Source: Podarcis melisellensis (Eukaryota). From it: a DNA stretch of 64,000 nt. Made by a program: the position numbers and the translations under genes. Numbering within the stretch: the first letter of the stretch is position 1; each line of letters begins with the position of its first letter. Location: assembly GCA_964234715.1 (NCBI GenBank), contig OZ174275.1. The stretch is one strand, 5' to 3'. The notes beneath the pieces were generated by a model. That model had not been told where the DNA came from. It did no database searches and was given only the letters and a program-made list of their open reading frames with translations. Below, piece after piece: positions 24,956 through 38,548 of this stretch.

Positions 24956-26661
24956 TTCTAAATGAAACTGTGGTGTGAGGACCCCCCTCCCAGATAGTGC
25001 AGTATGCTTTTTTTATTGAATTCAAGTAAGGGACATGCTAGATCAATGTCTAGCTGCAGCAATGGACTGGATGAAACCCAATAAGCTATAGTTCACTCAA
25101 AACAAGGTTGGAGATACTCTCGGTAGCTTGTTTGTCTGCCCAAATGGCCAGAGTTGTAGTTTGAGGGTGCTCATTGATTCCTCTTTGTCACTAGATGCCC
25201 AAGTGACTTCTGTGCCTCAGTGCACCTTTTACTGGCTTACAGTGGTGCTGACGGGAGTTGTAGTCCGAAACATCTAGAGGGCACAAGGTTGGAGAAGGCT
25301 AACTTAGCTTATGCATTCTCACCATTTGATTGCCAATGGCATCTCATTCATATGTAATGATAATGATCAACATTATATATGTGTCAATACACATAGACTG
25401 GACTGAATGGATCAGCCCTACAGGAGGCTAGAACAGGTGACTTTTTAACATTAGTTTTTATGAAAGATTTTTGTGTGTGTTACAAAACAAACAAATAAGG
25501 AAAAGTACATATAGCGTCTCCACTTTCAATTCAGAGTCTTTTTCACAGTTCGTTTACATTTGGTATGGGACCCTGTTGCCATAGCCATTGTGTGCTTGGG
25601 AGGAAAGAGAGGGGAGGGGATAATGATATTTCTTTTTATTGCTTGGCTTGTGTAGGATTTTTGTGTTAACATCATGTGGGTAGGTCATTTATTCACTCGT
25701 TTGTTTGTTTGTTTGTTTGTTTGTTTGTGTTGGCATTGTGAGAGTTAACAGCATATGAATCAATATGGCTAATCAGAACAGATGACTTTTGGAATTATTT
25801 CCAGTATAAGGTATTACCTGAACTGTTTGTGTTGTTTCCCTCTTCCCCCTCGAAATACCTTTAAGTCACACTGCAGATAAACTCCAACCTCAAGGGTCCT
25901 TCCCTTGAGCAAAACAAATTAAATGATAAAAGTGATGTTTAGATAGCTATGATAAAATTATAACAATCATTCACAGAACACCCCCCCACACACACACACT
26001 ATTCATATTTAAAGCTTCATCTGTAAAGATGCAGACATTGACAAACCTCTGTATTGCTTTAAGGCCAGTCAACGTGGCTGTGGCAAATTCTCTCCTTGCT
26101 GCTTCTAATTCCCTCTCTATTATCCATCTGCCACCATCTCTATCAAACAATGTCATCGCCAGGGAGGTTATCCATTGGCCGTGCTTTTCTCTTTTTCAAA
26201 AGCTACGTGCGTTATTCACATGTCAAGTTTTGTGCACTGGGACACTAGTATACATACAGCTGAGAATTGCCTTTCCCCTACTCACCTTCACTTCCTCAAT
26301 AGCAACTCAGAATTAAGATAGGGGAGCTCCCTGAGGGATGGAGAGAACAATGCACAGATTCTCTACCGCGCAGTGGTTTCTATCGCCTCTCCTAAAAGCT
26401 GTTCTGTTGGGCTGATCCAGGCAGAATAGGACGCAGGCCTGCTTATTCTGTGTATACTGTTGGATTGCAATGGTGAATGGTGGTAAAATTTGAAAGGGAG
26501 ATGCGAATCAAAGAGTATTGGAAGGTAAAGGATGTGTGATGGGTCTGCACTCAATCTGTGTGTTTATTCTTCCCACTAGGTGGGATGTGCTGTAAAATTT
26601 AATGTATGTCACGAAAGACGTGGGGAACCAGGGAGAATTCTGATGGGCTACCTCTGAATCT

Positions 26662-27010
26662 GGGACGTGGGTGGTGCTGTGGGTTAAACCACAGAGCCTA
26701 AGACTTGTCGATCAGAAGGTCGGCGGTTCGAATCCCCGCGACCGGGTGAGCTCCTGTTGCTCAGTCCCTGCTCCTGTCAATCTAGCAGTTTGAAAGCATG
26801 TCAAAATGCAAGTAGATAAATAGGTACCGCTCCGGCAGGAAGGTAAATGGTGTTTCCGTGCACTGCTCTGGTTCGCCAGAAGTGGCTTAGTCATGCTGGC
26901 CACATGACCCGGAAGCTGTATGCCGGCTCCCTTGACCAATAAAGTGAGATGAGCGCCGCAACCCCAGAGTCGGTCACGACTGGACCTAATGGTCAGGGGT
27001 CCCTTTACCT
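26662..27010 (+). mobile_element. Sauria SINE
   Basis: Perfect 13-bp TSD tacctctgaatct (26649-26661 / 27011-27023). Confidence 0.92.
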
Positions 27011-27340
27011 TACCTCTGAATCTACACATCTCCTCTACATATCTGATTATGAAGCTGCTATGTATTGAGCCCTCTAACCCAGTACTTGTCTTCCATGGCT
27101 TCTTATGATCTCAGGGAGCGTATTCCCCCAGTCCCACTGCATGAGATCTTTTTACCTAAAGATACCACCAATTGAACTTGGGGCTTCCTGCATGCAAACC
27201 ATGCATTCTACTGCAAATCTATGTCCTCTTTGCCGTTTGCAGTAAACAAGATGGCAAAAGCACCTTGCCCCATGGGAGAATGGGTTCTTCGATAGATGTT
27301 AAAGCTAAGAGAGGGTTACACTGGAAAAGAATAGAACGAG

Positions 27341-27492
27341 CAGTGTTTTTTTTCTGGGGGAGACGCAGAGGTACGCATGCTCCTAAACATTTTGTGAATC
27401 TAAGTTTGGCCTCACTGAGGAACAGTATTTCAATGCGAGTAGGGAAATGAGAGTACCCCTAAACATTTTTTTTTAGGGGCAAAAAAGCATTG
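27341..27492. mobile_element. hAT-type MITE
   Basis: CAGTG(C/T)TTTT termini; TSD agaa(c/t)gag; shares internal blocks with 36252-36428. Confidence 0.75.
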
Positions 27493-28320
27493 AGAATGAG
27501 CAATATATTGGTGCTGGCAGACTTCGGCTTCTGGTAAATTATGTCTTGCAATAATTCTTCTCTGCTCTCATGTATATTTTCCAGACCTCTGCATCCAAAC
27601 ACTCACTCTGCTTGGTGTATGTGTGCTTGAAGTAACAGTCTGAAATAATAAAAATTCCCTGCTAAGTTTCATCATTCAGGTTATCACTTGGTGGTCAGAC
27701 AATAGGGCATCCTTGAACGGGGAAAGCTGCCACTATTATGCAAATGGAAGATTATGCTGGAGAATGTAAGAGACCCATATCCTGCTGATAAAGCACTGAC
27801 AGCTACGCTTTAGAGGATTTTCTGTAGCAAGACCATAGAAAAGCTATTTGGCCTTACGGGGTGTTTACAGAGAAAGGCCTGCTAAATGTCTGCTTCGAAA
27901 CTAGGCTGGGGAAAGTGCAGCAGGGATATGTATCTTCACACCAAGTTTGGAAGCGAAAAGAAAAGAAACCTCGAAGAGCATTGTAACCAACAGGATTATT
28001 GGAATCGCTGTGTGCCCCTCTCTCTACACCCCAAAATTGCAACCTTTTCTTTCTCGATCTTCTCTGCCAAACAGTAGCATCAAGGCTTGTTCATTCTTCA
28101 GGTCTGCAGCCAAATGTAGTTCTCACTTTCATTTTCCTAAAAGAACCATCATTCCCCCTTGCTATTTAGTTTCTCCTTTTCCTTGTTTGCATTTTCAGTA
28201 CTTTTGTTCTCCTTTATCCCATGGCTCCTTTTTACAACATTATGTTCATTAATCTTCAGACACTCTATTACATGTTACCTCAAAGGAAAGCACAGCTCTT
28301 TTGGAGTTGCTAAAACAGTA

Positions 28321-28540
28321 CAGTGGTACCTCAGGTTAAGTACTTAATTCGGTCCGGAGGTCCGTACTTAACCTGAAACTGTTCTTAACCCGAAGCACCA
28401 CTTTAGCTAACGGGGCCTCCTGCTGCTGCTGTGCCGCCGGAGCATGATTTCTGTTCTGAAGCAAAGTTCTTAACCCGAGGTACTATTTCTGGGTTAGCGG
28501 AGTCTGTAACCTGAAGCGTATGTAACCCGAGGTACCACTG
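28321..28540. mobile_element. Tc1/mariner (Tigger-like) MITE
   Basis: Same family as 20126-20351; TA flanks. Confidence 0.85.
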
Positions 28541-30659
28541 TACTAAGAAAGTAAAAAACTTAGCAATCTGGAGTTAAACTCTCCCACTGACACACACACA
28601 CACACACAAGGCTGCAATCCTATACACATGGGCCACGAACCTTTTTGAACCAGACAATGCCTTTCAAGAAAATGCTGTGAGTGCCAGTCACAAAATGGCT
28701 GCTATGCGATGGGGGGTGGGGGCATGGCTTAACAGAAAATGGCTGCCAAGGAGGCATGGTGTAATGCAGTATTTGAGAGAATGCACTCATTGCTTCCAAA
28801 CCAATCAGAGTGCAAGGGGCACAGACCATTTCACCTCCAGAAACTGGCCTGCCATTTCCACAACATAATCTACATGGGGTCTCCAATCTAGTGCCCACAA
28901 GCACTGTGGTACCCACAGCCACCGGGTTGGCCCTGACTGCCTTGGGGGCATCTATGCTGTCCACATTTTACCTAGGAATAAGTTACATTAAACTCAATGA
29001 GTTTAATTCTGTGTTGCTTCAGGATTGTGGTGTAAGATGCCATATATGGCCCAAAGCATCCATGTTGGAACACCCCTTCCCCATGCATATTTCTGACCAC
29101 TGTTAAACTGCAGTGCAAATGTGAGTGTAGTGTTAATTATCCATGCATGATATGCACCCGTAGGCTCGTGCGCTACTGCACGTTGAAATACCCTGCACAA
29201 CTTCTGCACCATAAGAGATGGCTTGAAAGAAAAGCAAGATAAGGCATTAACAAGTGAACAGTTGAGTGACCCAATGCAAAGCTATATCTGCCAAGCTATA
29301 TCTGCTGAAAGCCCCTCTTCAGCACAACTATTAAAGGCACAGGAGACCCACCCTTTCTTACACCTGGTCTCCCTAGCAAACAGCCTTTTCAAGTGCAGAC
29401 ATTTATTCTCCAGGAGGTCTAAAATTCACAGGTGATATTCCAGTAAAATCAGCTAACTATGCAAAATTTTAACCATGGGTTGCTCCAAATGACTGCCTAA
29501 AATGGTAAATTGACACAATAAGCCTTTTGTAGTAACTATAAGCTTCACGCTCTGTAATTACACAAAGACGGTGTAAGAAGAAACAATATTGCTGTCAACA
29601 CTTCAGTTCTTTCCTCTGGCTTTCCTCCGGTTCAGGCTAGAAAATTAAACCCATCTATATGGCATTTCATGTATTACCACTGAGACAACAAGAACAACAA
29701 CGTTGAGTCAGAAGTCTCTGAGCTATGAAAGACAGTTGGTCTGAAATGCATATACAATTATGAGTAAACAATGTGTGTTGCGCTGTGAAAAGCATGCTTA
29801 GCATTACCATTGAAGTAATTCCGAGTTGGAAGTACTTGACATTAGCAGGATCACAATGCCTCTTTTTTCCTTGAGCCGTAATGGTGCAATAACAATTTTC
29901 CTTTTACTAAAAACATTATGTTTGAATACATAAGCTGTGTTCAAACATTATTTTATCTTAGTAGAATAAAGGTTATTCCGCAGGAGCACAGATGACCATC
30001 TAGTGCTGAACAAGATCTTTTTAACACGCCATAGCTCTTTTATTGTTTCATCCATCTGGGAATTTAAAGATTAATTAGCAGGCCTGCCTCCATCATGCCT
30101 TCTTTTCTTTTTCTTAATCCTGGTGTGTAAGCAGTTTCTCTTTACCTTATAAATCTAGATTCTCTAGGCCAGCATTGTGTCCTCAGTGGACTGTGCTGTC
30201 ATACAGTCCTATTCCTGCACCCAGCCAACATCACCACAGTAAATGTGTCTTCCTGGTCTTCATGAATCAGCATTTCCCAGCGCTAAAAGCATTTACTGGA
30301 ATCAGCAAGAATGGGAAGCAACAGCTCCAGCCTTGGTAAGCAGTTTGGCTGTTTCCTTATGAGGCAGGGGGACACAGGAAGCTGCCGTATGCTGACTCAG
30401 ACCACTGGTCCATCGAGCTCAGCGCATTGGCGGTCAACAGGTTTCCAGCCTTTACCTGGAGATACCTGAGACTGAGACCTTCTGCATGCAAGGCAGATGT
30501 TCTACTACTGAGTAGGGAAGGCGGATAAACTTAAGTCAGTTTCCATTTAAAAGCAAACCTACCTAAACTGCTCTTTCCAAAACCAAGGTGTGAATTGAAA
30601 CACGGCCATTCTTTGAAATTCACACTGCTGAGAATTTTGCGATTCAGTAATCCAGCCAA

Positions 30660-30660
<1 letters not shown>

Positions 30661-30709
<49 letters not shown>

Positions 30710-31200
30710 TTATTATTATACCCTAGCCACTCTGGGCGGCTTCCAACAAAACACTAAAATACAATAACTTATTAAACATTAAAAGCTTCCCTAAACAGGG
30801 CTGCCTTCAAATGTCTTCTAAAAGTTTGGTAGTTATTTTTCTCTTTGACATCTAGTGGGAGGGTGTTCCACAGGGCGGGTGCCACTACCGAAAGGCCCTC
30901 TGCCTGGTTTCCTATAACTTGGCTTCTCACAGCGAGGGAACCGCCGAAAGGCCCTCAGCGCTGGATCTCAGTGTCCAGGCAGAACGATGGAGATGGAGAC
31001 ACTCCGTCAGGTATACTGGACCGAGGCCATTTAGGGCTTTAAAGGTCAGCACCAACACTTTGAATTGTGCTTGGAAACATACTGGGAGCCAGTGTAGGTC
31101 TTTCAAGACCGGTGTTATATGGTCTCGGTGGCCGCTCCCAGTCACCAGTCTAGCTGCCGCATTCTGGATTGTAGTCACCTTCAAAGGTAGCCCCACATAG
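30661..31200 (-). mobile_element. L2 LINE 3' fragment with (TTA)n tail
   Basis: ORF with IQNAAARLVTG..HITPVLKDLHWLPV. Confidence 0.9.
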
Positions 31201-32500
31201 TACCATATATTGTACAGAAACACATATTCTAAGGTAAAATGTGCATTAAAATGCATATATTTGTGAAAATAACAAAAATGCATTGCATCAGGGGAAAGTG
31301 CTTTGCCAAAATGCATATATTCAGCAAAATTGCATCAAAAACATGTATATGAGGAGACATTCTTACTAATTAGGACATGGGGTTTGGGGGGTTGTTCTGT
31401 GCTTGTTTGTTTCAATCACAAACTGATGTGGAAATGTGGAGTGCTGAACTGAAGACTGGGAAGCGAAGAAACAGGTAGAAACAGAAAGGAGCCTTTTCCA
31501 AAGGGAAGTTATTTCCATCCCTATGGTCCGTTTCACATTATCCATGGCAGCGAAGGTGTGCGCACTGGAGAACAGTAGCTAAATCCTGGCTCTCTGGTGC
31601 ATATATTTATGAAAGACAGATAGCTGCTGGGAATGGAGAGCGGGTGGCAGCAGCGGGTGAACATTGCCACATGGGGCATGTCATATTTACGGCACATGCA
31701 GTTGAGAGAGGAGAGGCGTGGGTATTAACACGCGAGGTTATTCGGGTTCTTTCTCTCTAGTTACCCTTTGATTAGAAAGCTCCTGCCCTTCATTGGGGAA
31801 TAGAAGGTGTGAGTGATATGCCCTGCCTAGTTATAAGGGGTCCACAGAAATAGCAACGAAGGGTTGGAGGACACAGGCGACTGACCCCTGCTGTTAAATG
31901 GCAGCATCCTCTGCAATGCAGCACTAAGTGCTCTGCTCTTGATAAGTGTACGCTTCTCCTCCCCCTCTCCCTGCCCTCTCCGCTCCTGCCAGGGAACGTG
32001 TACAGTGTACAGGCAGCAAGAAGTATTAATAACGCAAACTCTGCGGCAGACTGCTGCAGAAGCAGGCTGGTTAACAGTTTGGCAGGTCCAGGGGAGCGTG
32101 CAAAAGCATCCCTCCTGCAACCCTACAATCTGGGGGATCAAAGCCCCAGCCAGCATCAGGTGGTTAAGATGCAGGTTCATCCTTAAACCCACGCTGGTGC
32201 TTACCCTTTCCCTGCAGGGGGGGCTTTCAGCGCTGATCACCTCCTTGAAGTTCAAAGGAGCCTGTCATTTGGGTGCCGAGAGAAAGGCTATCAATTAAGG
32301 AGGTAAGCAGCTTTTGAGCAGCAAATATAGCTTGGGATCTGTTACGACTCTACAGCAAGAGATACAGAGAATTGTTTCTTTAAATAAGAAAAAAAAACCC
32401 TTCTTTAATTTTCAGGTAGAAAGCAGAATTGTAGCCACTATCCTCCTGTCTGTGAATCAGGGAGATGAGAGAAGTTTATTTCTCTCCACAAAATTAATAA

Positions 32501-32861
32501 AGGTAAAGGTACCCCTGCCCGTACGGGCCAGTCATGTCCGACTCTAGGGTTGTGCGCCCATCTCACTTAAGAGGCTGGGGGCCAGTGCTGTCCAGAGACA
32601 CTTCCGGGTCACGTGGCCAGCGTGACAAAGCTGCTCTGGCGAGCCGGCACCAGCGCAGCACACGGAAACGCCGTTTACCTTCCCGCTATAAAGCGGTACC
32701 TATTTATCTACTTGCACTTAGGGGTGCTTTCGAACTGCTAGGTGGGCAGGAGCTGGGACCAAAAGACGGGAGCTCACCTCGCCGCGGGGATTCGAACCGC
32801 CGACCATGCGATCGGCAAGCCCTAGGCGCTGAGGTTTTACCCACAGCACCACCTGCGTCCC
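32501..32861 (-). mobile_element. Sauria SINE (distinct subfamily)
   Basis: TSD acaaaattaataa (32488-32500 / 32863-32875); many intact CpGs. Confidence 0.9.
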
Positions 32862-33391
32862 TACAAAATTAATAAGGGTTGCCAAATAGGTCTCCTCTAC
32901 CTCTGCACCCTACACTTCAGATCACATATGATTATCTCTCATGAATGCTTTAGTAAGTTCTTTGGCTTTCCACACTGAGAGTAGGTTCACACCGTATACT
33001 AGAGACGGAGAACCTGTGGACTGCCAGGCATTGTTGGACTTCAACTCCCATCAGCCTCAGTCACCGTGGTGGACAGGGATGATGGTAGATGTAGTCTAGC
33101 AGCAGCTGGAGGGAAACAGGTCCCCCATCCCTGCTGTATATGCTGTTGTTTCAAACATACATGTACTTTGCTTAACCCATGAATATTCGCAGGATATTAT
33201 GTATGATAACTCCGCTGAGCAGCATCATAGAGTTGGAAAGGACTAAGAGACTCAAAGTCCAACCCTCTACCAATGCCACTTTCTAAGGCATCTTGTTGAC
33301 TCATGCCACCAGGACATTTCCCTAATTTTAGACACTTACTGTAGTCTAAATTCATATTAATTACCCTTTTTAAAATTACCACTATCCTGGC

Positions 33392-33617
33392 CTGTTGTTC
33401 TTGTCCATGGAGTTTTCTTGGCAGGGATACCGGAGTGGCTTGCCGGTTCCTACTCCAGGTGGATCACGTTTAGTCAAAACTCTCCCCTATGACCTGTCCA
33501 TCTTGGGTGGCCCCGCACGGCATAGCTCATAGCTTCTCTGAGTTATTCAAGCCCCTTCGACACGGCAAGGCAGGGGTCACGAAGAGTTGGACATGACTAA
33601 ACGACTAAACAACAGCA
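33392..33617. mobile_element. Bov-B (RTE) insertion with inverted 5' segment
   Basis: 11-bp TSD actatcctggc. 33573-33617 is the Bov-B 3' end on plus; 33393-33572 is Bov-B 5'-region-like sequence on minus. Confidence 0.75.
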
Positions 33618-33691
33618 ACTATCCTGGCTCTCCTTGGACACAGAGCTTCACCTGTTACCATGACTTGAAGATTTAAAAGCTTTGTTGATAA

Positions 33692-33822
33692 ATCATAGAG
33701 TTGGAAGGGACCCCATCTAGTCCAACCCCCTGCAATGCAGGAATCTCAGCTAAAGCATCCATGACAGATGGCCATCCAACCTCTGCTTAGAAACCTCCAA
33801 GGAAGGAGAATCCACCACCTCT
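33692..33822 (-). mobile_element. CR1 3'-end fragment (similar short fragments near 2045-2225, 3262-3490, 11785-11930, 19305-19403)
   Basis: catagagttggaagggacc..atctagtccaacccc..ctgcaatgcagg CR1 tail. Confidence 0.7.
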
Positions 33823-33863
33823 TGCTCTCATCACTCAGAACAGTATCCCAACAAGGGACGGCA

Positions 33864-34363
33864 CGTTACAAGCAGGTAAAGCATGGCAGATAACTACAAG
33901 ACATGGCTAGGCTTAGCTAATATGTTGCTCCAACAATTGACATGCGCCCTGTCAACTGAAGACTAGGGCAGGCATGATTATTTGTGCAAGCTGTGTCCTG
34001 CATCTTGTGTGGCTGGGCCAGCTTGCCATCAGGTGTTCTCTCAGAGGACTCCTCTGCAGTAGAGGACTCTTCACTGACAAGGGAGGACACTGGTGCCACC
34101 TTATCAGCTGATGACATAGTGCCTAAGGTGTCTGGTATGAGAGAGATGGACCACTCCACTAAAAAGTAGACCCATCCTTAGAATCCAGACCAGCAGAGTA
34201 GGAACTCTGCTGGTACCCTTCTCTAGATCAGATTCATCTTCCAAGTTCTCAATCCACAGCCCACTAGGTCAGTCCCCTGGACCAGCCTCCTCCAAGCTCC
34301 TCTCGTTCATCCTCCTCCTCATCTGACCATCTTCTCCATGACGTCTACACAGGACTCATGACA
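33864..34363 (-). mobile_element. Probable decayed solo LTR (~500 bp)
   Basis: Begins TGTCATGAG on minus with a purine-rich GAGGAG U3-like region, ends TGTAACG; flanks ggca / gtca (3/4). Confidence 0.45.
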
Positions 34364-36251
34364 GTCACAGTACATCAGCTTCCCTGGGCCCTCTGTTGTG
34401 TGGGGGGAGGGCAGATCCAGCCAAGTCAGAGTGTACCCATCTATTCGCTTCCCCTTCCCCTCAGACCTTTGCTGCCACCAGGTGAAAGGGCTATTTTTCT
34501 ACAAGGCTGCCTTTTATCCATCAGCCTCCTTCAAAGTTGGCTTAGATATGGGGCAATTTTAAAATAAGGGGGTCCACAAGGTTTTATGAAAGAAGACTAA
34601 AAGTTTCCAAAAAAAGAAGAAGGAATAAAAGGCAGTGAAAGGGTTTAAACACAAGAAAAGTTATGTGCACACGCAATCATTCCTCCACTTTAGAACAAAA
34701 GAATAAACGAATTAAAAGTGAAACACATTCTGCTTTCCCTCTCTAGACTTTGGCTACATACACACAATATATGGTATTCTAAAATCAATGGAGACTGAGT
34801 ACTTGGGTTTTTCTTCTTCTGTGTAGTCCACACAATCTAGGCCAGTTGCATATATTTTTTTACCCTTGAAAAGTACTACTTGAGAAACTGGTTTCATTCC
34901 AAAAATAAAAGCTCATTGCAGATTGATCCTGCATTATGCCCCCCCCCCCCGTGTGTTCATTTGAAAACAGGTGTAGACAGTCCTAGCAATGTGGGAAGCA
35001 GGGTATATTCACACCTGTGGGTGGGCATATATCAAATTTGCAATTACCACTTCTTCATTCATATGGGGCATTTCAAGGAGGAAAAGGCATGGACCACCTA
35101 ATCAGTGGGAGGGCTTTAAATGCATATCAGTTATTCACACCACCCTTCTGGATGGCAGGATCTAGCATCAATCTGGATTGAAAGCAGCATGTTTCGGATG
35201 AGCTGCTTTCTTATTCCAGAATGAGAAAAACTACATTTTTTTGTGCTACAAACAGTTCGGTGTGTTTGCAGCCTTGATCCCTAAAGATACAGACTTACGT
35301 CTGACTTGCCGTTTCTTAAGCCGTCCGTCCTGGCTGAATGTTACTCTGTCACTCTGAGATCCTTGCTCTAAACTACCAAAGCAAGTCACTGGCAGGTATT
35401 GCTTGGGGCTACATGACTTGCACTCAAACTATTCAAGGCTCAGTTCCCAACTTCAGGCAAGCCTACTTGTCGTTCACCTCATCTTCAGCGAAATTCTTTC
35501 CTTCCAATTTTCTGGACAGGTCGGGTAACAATCCCCAAATCATATTACACAAAAGATATATATTTGTATATAACAGAACATTTCCTTCACACCATTCCAA
35601 CTAATGCTAACTTTTAACTTCCATGCTCTGCTTTTCTAAACTGCAGTAGAAGCTTATCTGAGATGATCGATGGTTGCATGGCCCACCAGTAATGAGAAAA
35701 GTACAATTTCAATCTGCATGCCTCACTGTTCCAATATCCCAGGGGTCCCAGTAACATCTAATTCCAGCCCTTTAGAATTAGGTTGCCCACATCTTTTGAA
35801 TCAATCCTTCCTTGTCGGAATATTTGTACTGGGGTTTTTTGTTTTTGTTTTTGCATGTTTTCCAGTTTTCATTGCATTTTTCTTAAGATGGAAACAGGAA
35901 TTGCTCTCACTGTGCACTTATATAGATGAATTTAGAAGTTCTTTGGCGATCTTTTGAATCTCCTTCTTAATGCTTTATGATATTCCATTGCTAGCTTGGC
36001 AGCAAAAAAAAAAAGTGGCTGTTCTCAGAAAATAAAAATACCTTGCTTTTCAACAAAAGGCAAAATCTCTTTCCTGAGCAAAGCCAGTACATTTGGTCTC
36101 CAGAAATGTTTACAGAAAGTTATAAAGATTTCAGTGTGCCTCACTTTATACTTGTTGTTTTATCTGCTGTTTCGTTTCCTAGTCAGGCTGTTTGGAAACA
36201 GATATTGTCTATGAGGAGGACTTGTCAGACCCCACCCACAATACGAATACC

Positions 36252-36428
36252 CAGTGCTTTTTTTCCCTAGGGGGACACAGGGGTATGCATACCCCTAAAC
36301 ATTTTGTGAATCTTTCCACTTTTGTCCATTTAGTGTATTTATTTCTCCTGATTTGAGCTATAAAATGATGATTTTCTTGAGTCAAAATGAGAGTACCCCT
36401 AAACTTTTTTAAAAGAAAAATAGCACTG
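36252..36428. mobile_element. hAT-type MITE
   Basis: TIR cagtgcttttt / aaatagcactg; TSD 6/8. Confidence 0.7.
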
Positions 36429-36437
36429 CCAATACTA

Positions 36438-36468
<31 letters not shown>

Positions 36469-36977
36469 GCCTATGTGATGCAAAAGTGGTTTGCAATGGC
36501 AAGGGTGGGATAGTTTGAGATTTTCCACTCCAGGACTTGAAACATCAAACTATTTTGCTCTAGCTGATGCACTGTGGAGGCTGATTCACTGGGACAACCA
36601 GGGCACAGCCCTCCAAGCGAAAATGTCAAGCAATTTTTTTTAAAAAAAGAATTGTGGTCAAAATCTCAAGGCCACACACTCATTTGTATCCCCCACACAT
36701 TTCATACTACCTTGAATTTACAGAGGCATTTCTGTCAATCTCTTTTATGACCAATCAGCTCTCTGCACCACCCAGCCAATCCTAATCCTGAAGTATACCT
36801 ATGGCAATGAGGTCCCTCCCATGAGCTCCAAGCAGAAAAGCCATGTGACTGGGTGAGCTGCCAGAAAGCTGGCCCTGGTAGGAAAACTCATATTCCATTT
36901 GTTGTTATGAGGCCTGACCAGCACAGCCGCTATGGCATATATAAAGGGAGTCAGCACTGCTTTAAAAACAATGCTAT

Positions 36978-37420
36978 TGTTGTTGTTTAGTCATGTCCGA
37001 CTCTTCGTGACCCCATGGACCAGAGCACGCTAGGCACTCCTGTCTTCCACTGCCTCCCACAGTTTGGTCAAACTCATGCTGGTAGTTTCAAGAACACTGT
37101 CCAACCACCTCATCCTCTGTCGTCCCCTTCTCCTTGTGCCCTCCATCTTTCCCAACATCAGGGTCTTTTCCAGGGAGTCTTCTCTTCTCATGAGGTGGCC
37201 AAAGTATTGGAGCCTCAGCTTCAGGATCTGTCCTTCCAGTGAGCACTCAGGGCTGATTTCCTTCAGAATGGAGAGGTTTGATCTACTTGCAGTCCATGGG
37301 ACTCTCAGGAGTCTCCTCCAGCACCATAATTCAAAAGCATCCATTCTTCGGCGATCAGCCTTCTTTATGATCCAGCTTTCACTTCCATACATCACTACTG
37401 GGAAAACCATAGCTTTAACT
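36978..37420 (-). mobile_element. Bov-B LINE 3' fragment
   Basis: ORF LVKAMVFPVVMYGSESW..KKADRRRMDAFELWCWRRLLRVPWTA...SLEKTLMLGKMEG.RRRGRQRMRWLD; (CAA)n tail. Confidence 0.92.
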
Positions 37421-38548
37421 AGCAATAGTCTAGTGCATCAAATCTACTTTTTAAAAAAACACACTGTACCAACTCCCTTTTTCTGTTAGGAAAGTGACAG
37501 GGAAATGCAATAAATAGTATGGAATGAAATGGGAAGGTGTATAAACAATCCACAAGCAAATCAGGATGAATGTTTATTGCCATGTTAGGGCCTCCTAACA
37601 AACAAATCAGAATGATTCCTCAGTAAAGACTGCATGGAACCTAGCCTCTGCGTAATGGTAGGAGAGAGTTTCGATTCAGTTTACCTACGAGATCACCTTA
37701 CCCCTCAGGTGCTCACTTGACCACCTTGATCGGTGGAATTGGCACTGCCACAGGTACCAAGTAATACCCATTCTGTATTTGTAAGGACTCGGTCATTACA
37801 AGTGTGACAGCATCTACACTTGGAAGCTCCCTGCCTATTGATATCAAGCAGGTGCCTTCGCTTTACTGTTTTCAGCGCCTGCTAAAACCATCCTTGTTCA
37901 GACAAGCCTACTCAGATGTTTAGAAAGTTATGGTAATTTTAATCTATTTTAGTATTTTTTTACTTTTGTATGTTTTAAAGTACTGTTGTAGGTTTTGTTG
38001 TTGTTGTTGATTTTATTGCTTTATCTTTTATTTATTTTATTTATTAATTATTTTATTAAAGATTTTCTTGCTTTATCTTTTATAAACTGCTTTGGGAGGT
38101 TTTTTTTTACAATCAAGTGGTGTATCATTGTTATGAAATACATAAATATTAGGGGAAATTGCTCACAAAAATGTGCAAAACTGCATTCAAATATGTACCT
38201 TTAAGGAGAAATTTGCACTAAAATGTTTGTGATTTTCCATGAGGATTTTTTATTTAAGAAAATACAAATTGCTGCAGAAATATGGAGAACTGGATTCAAG
38301 AATGGAAAAATGAGAAACTGAGAGGGCAGAAATTGACAGCTCTGTCTATCCCTATTGCTGTGTCAGCTCAGGGCAAGCACATCAATAAACAGGTCATCTG
38401 GCAGAGCTCTCATTTGCTTACAGCCTCTGAATTGTGAGGCTTCATATAGCTCTCACCCATTGCCATTGATATACCTATTTTCTGACCCCCATTTTAAAGC
38501 CTTGAAGTTTGTGGCCGTCACATCATCTTGTGGCACTGAATTTCATAG

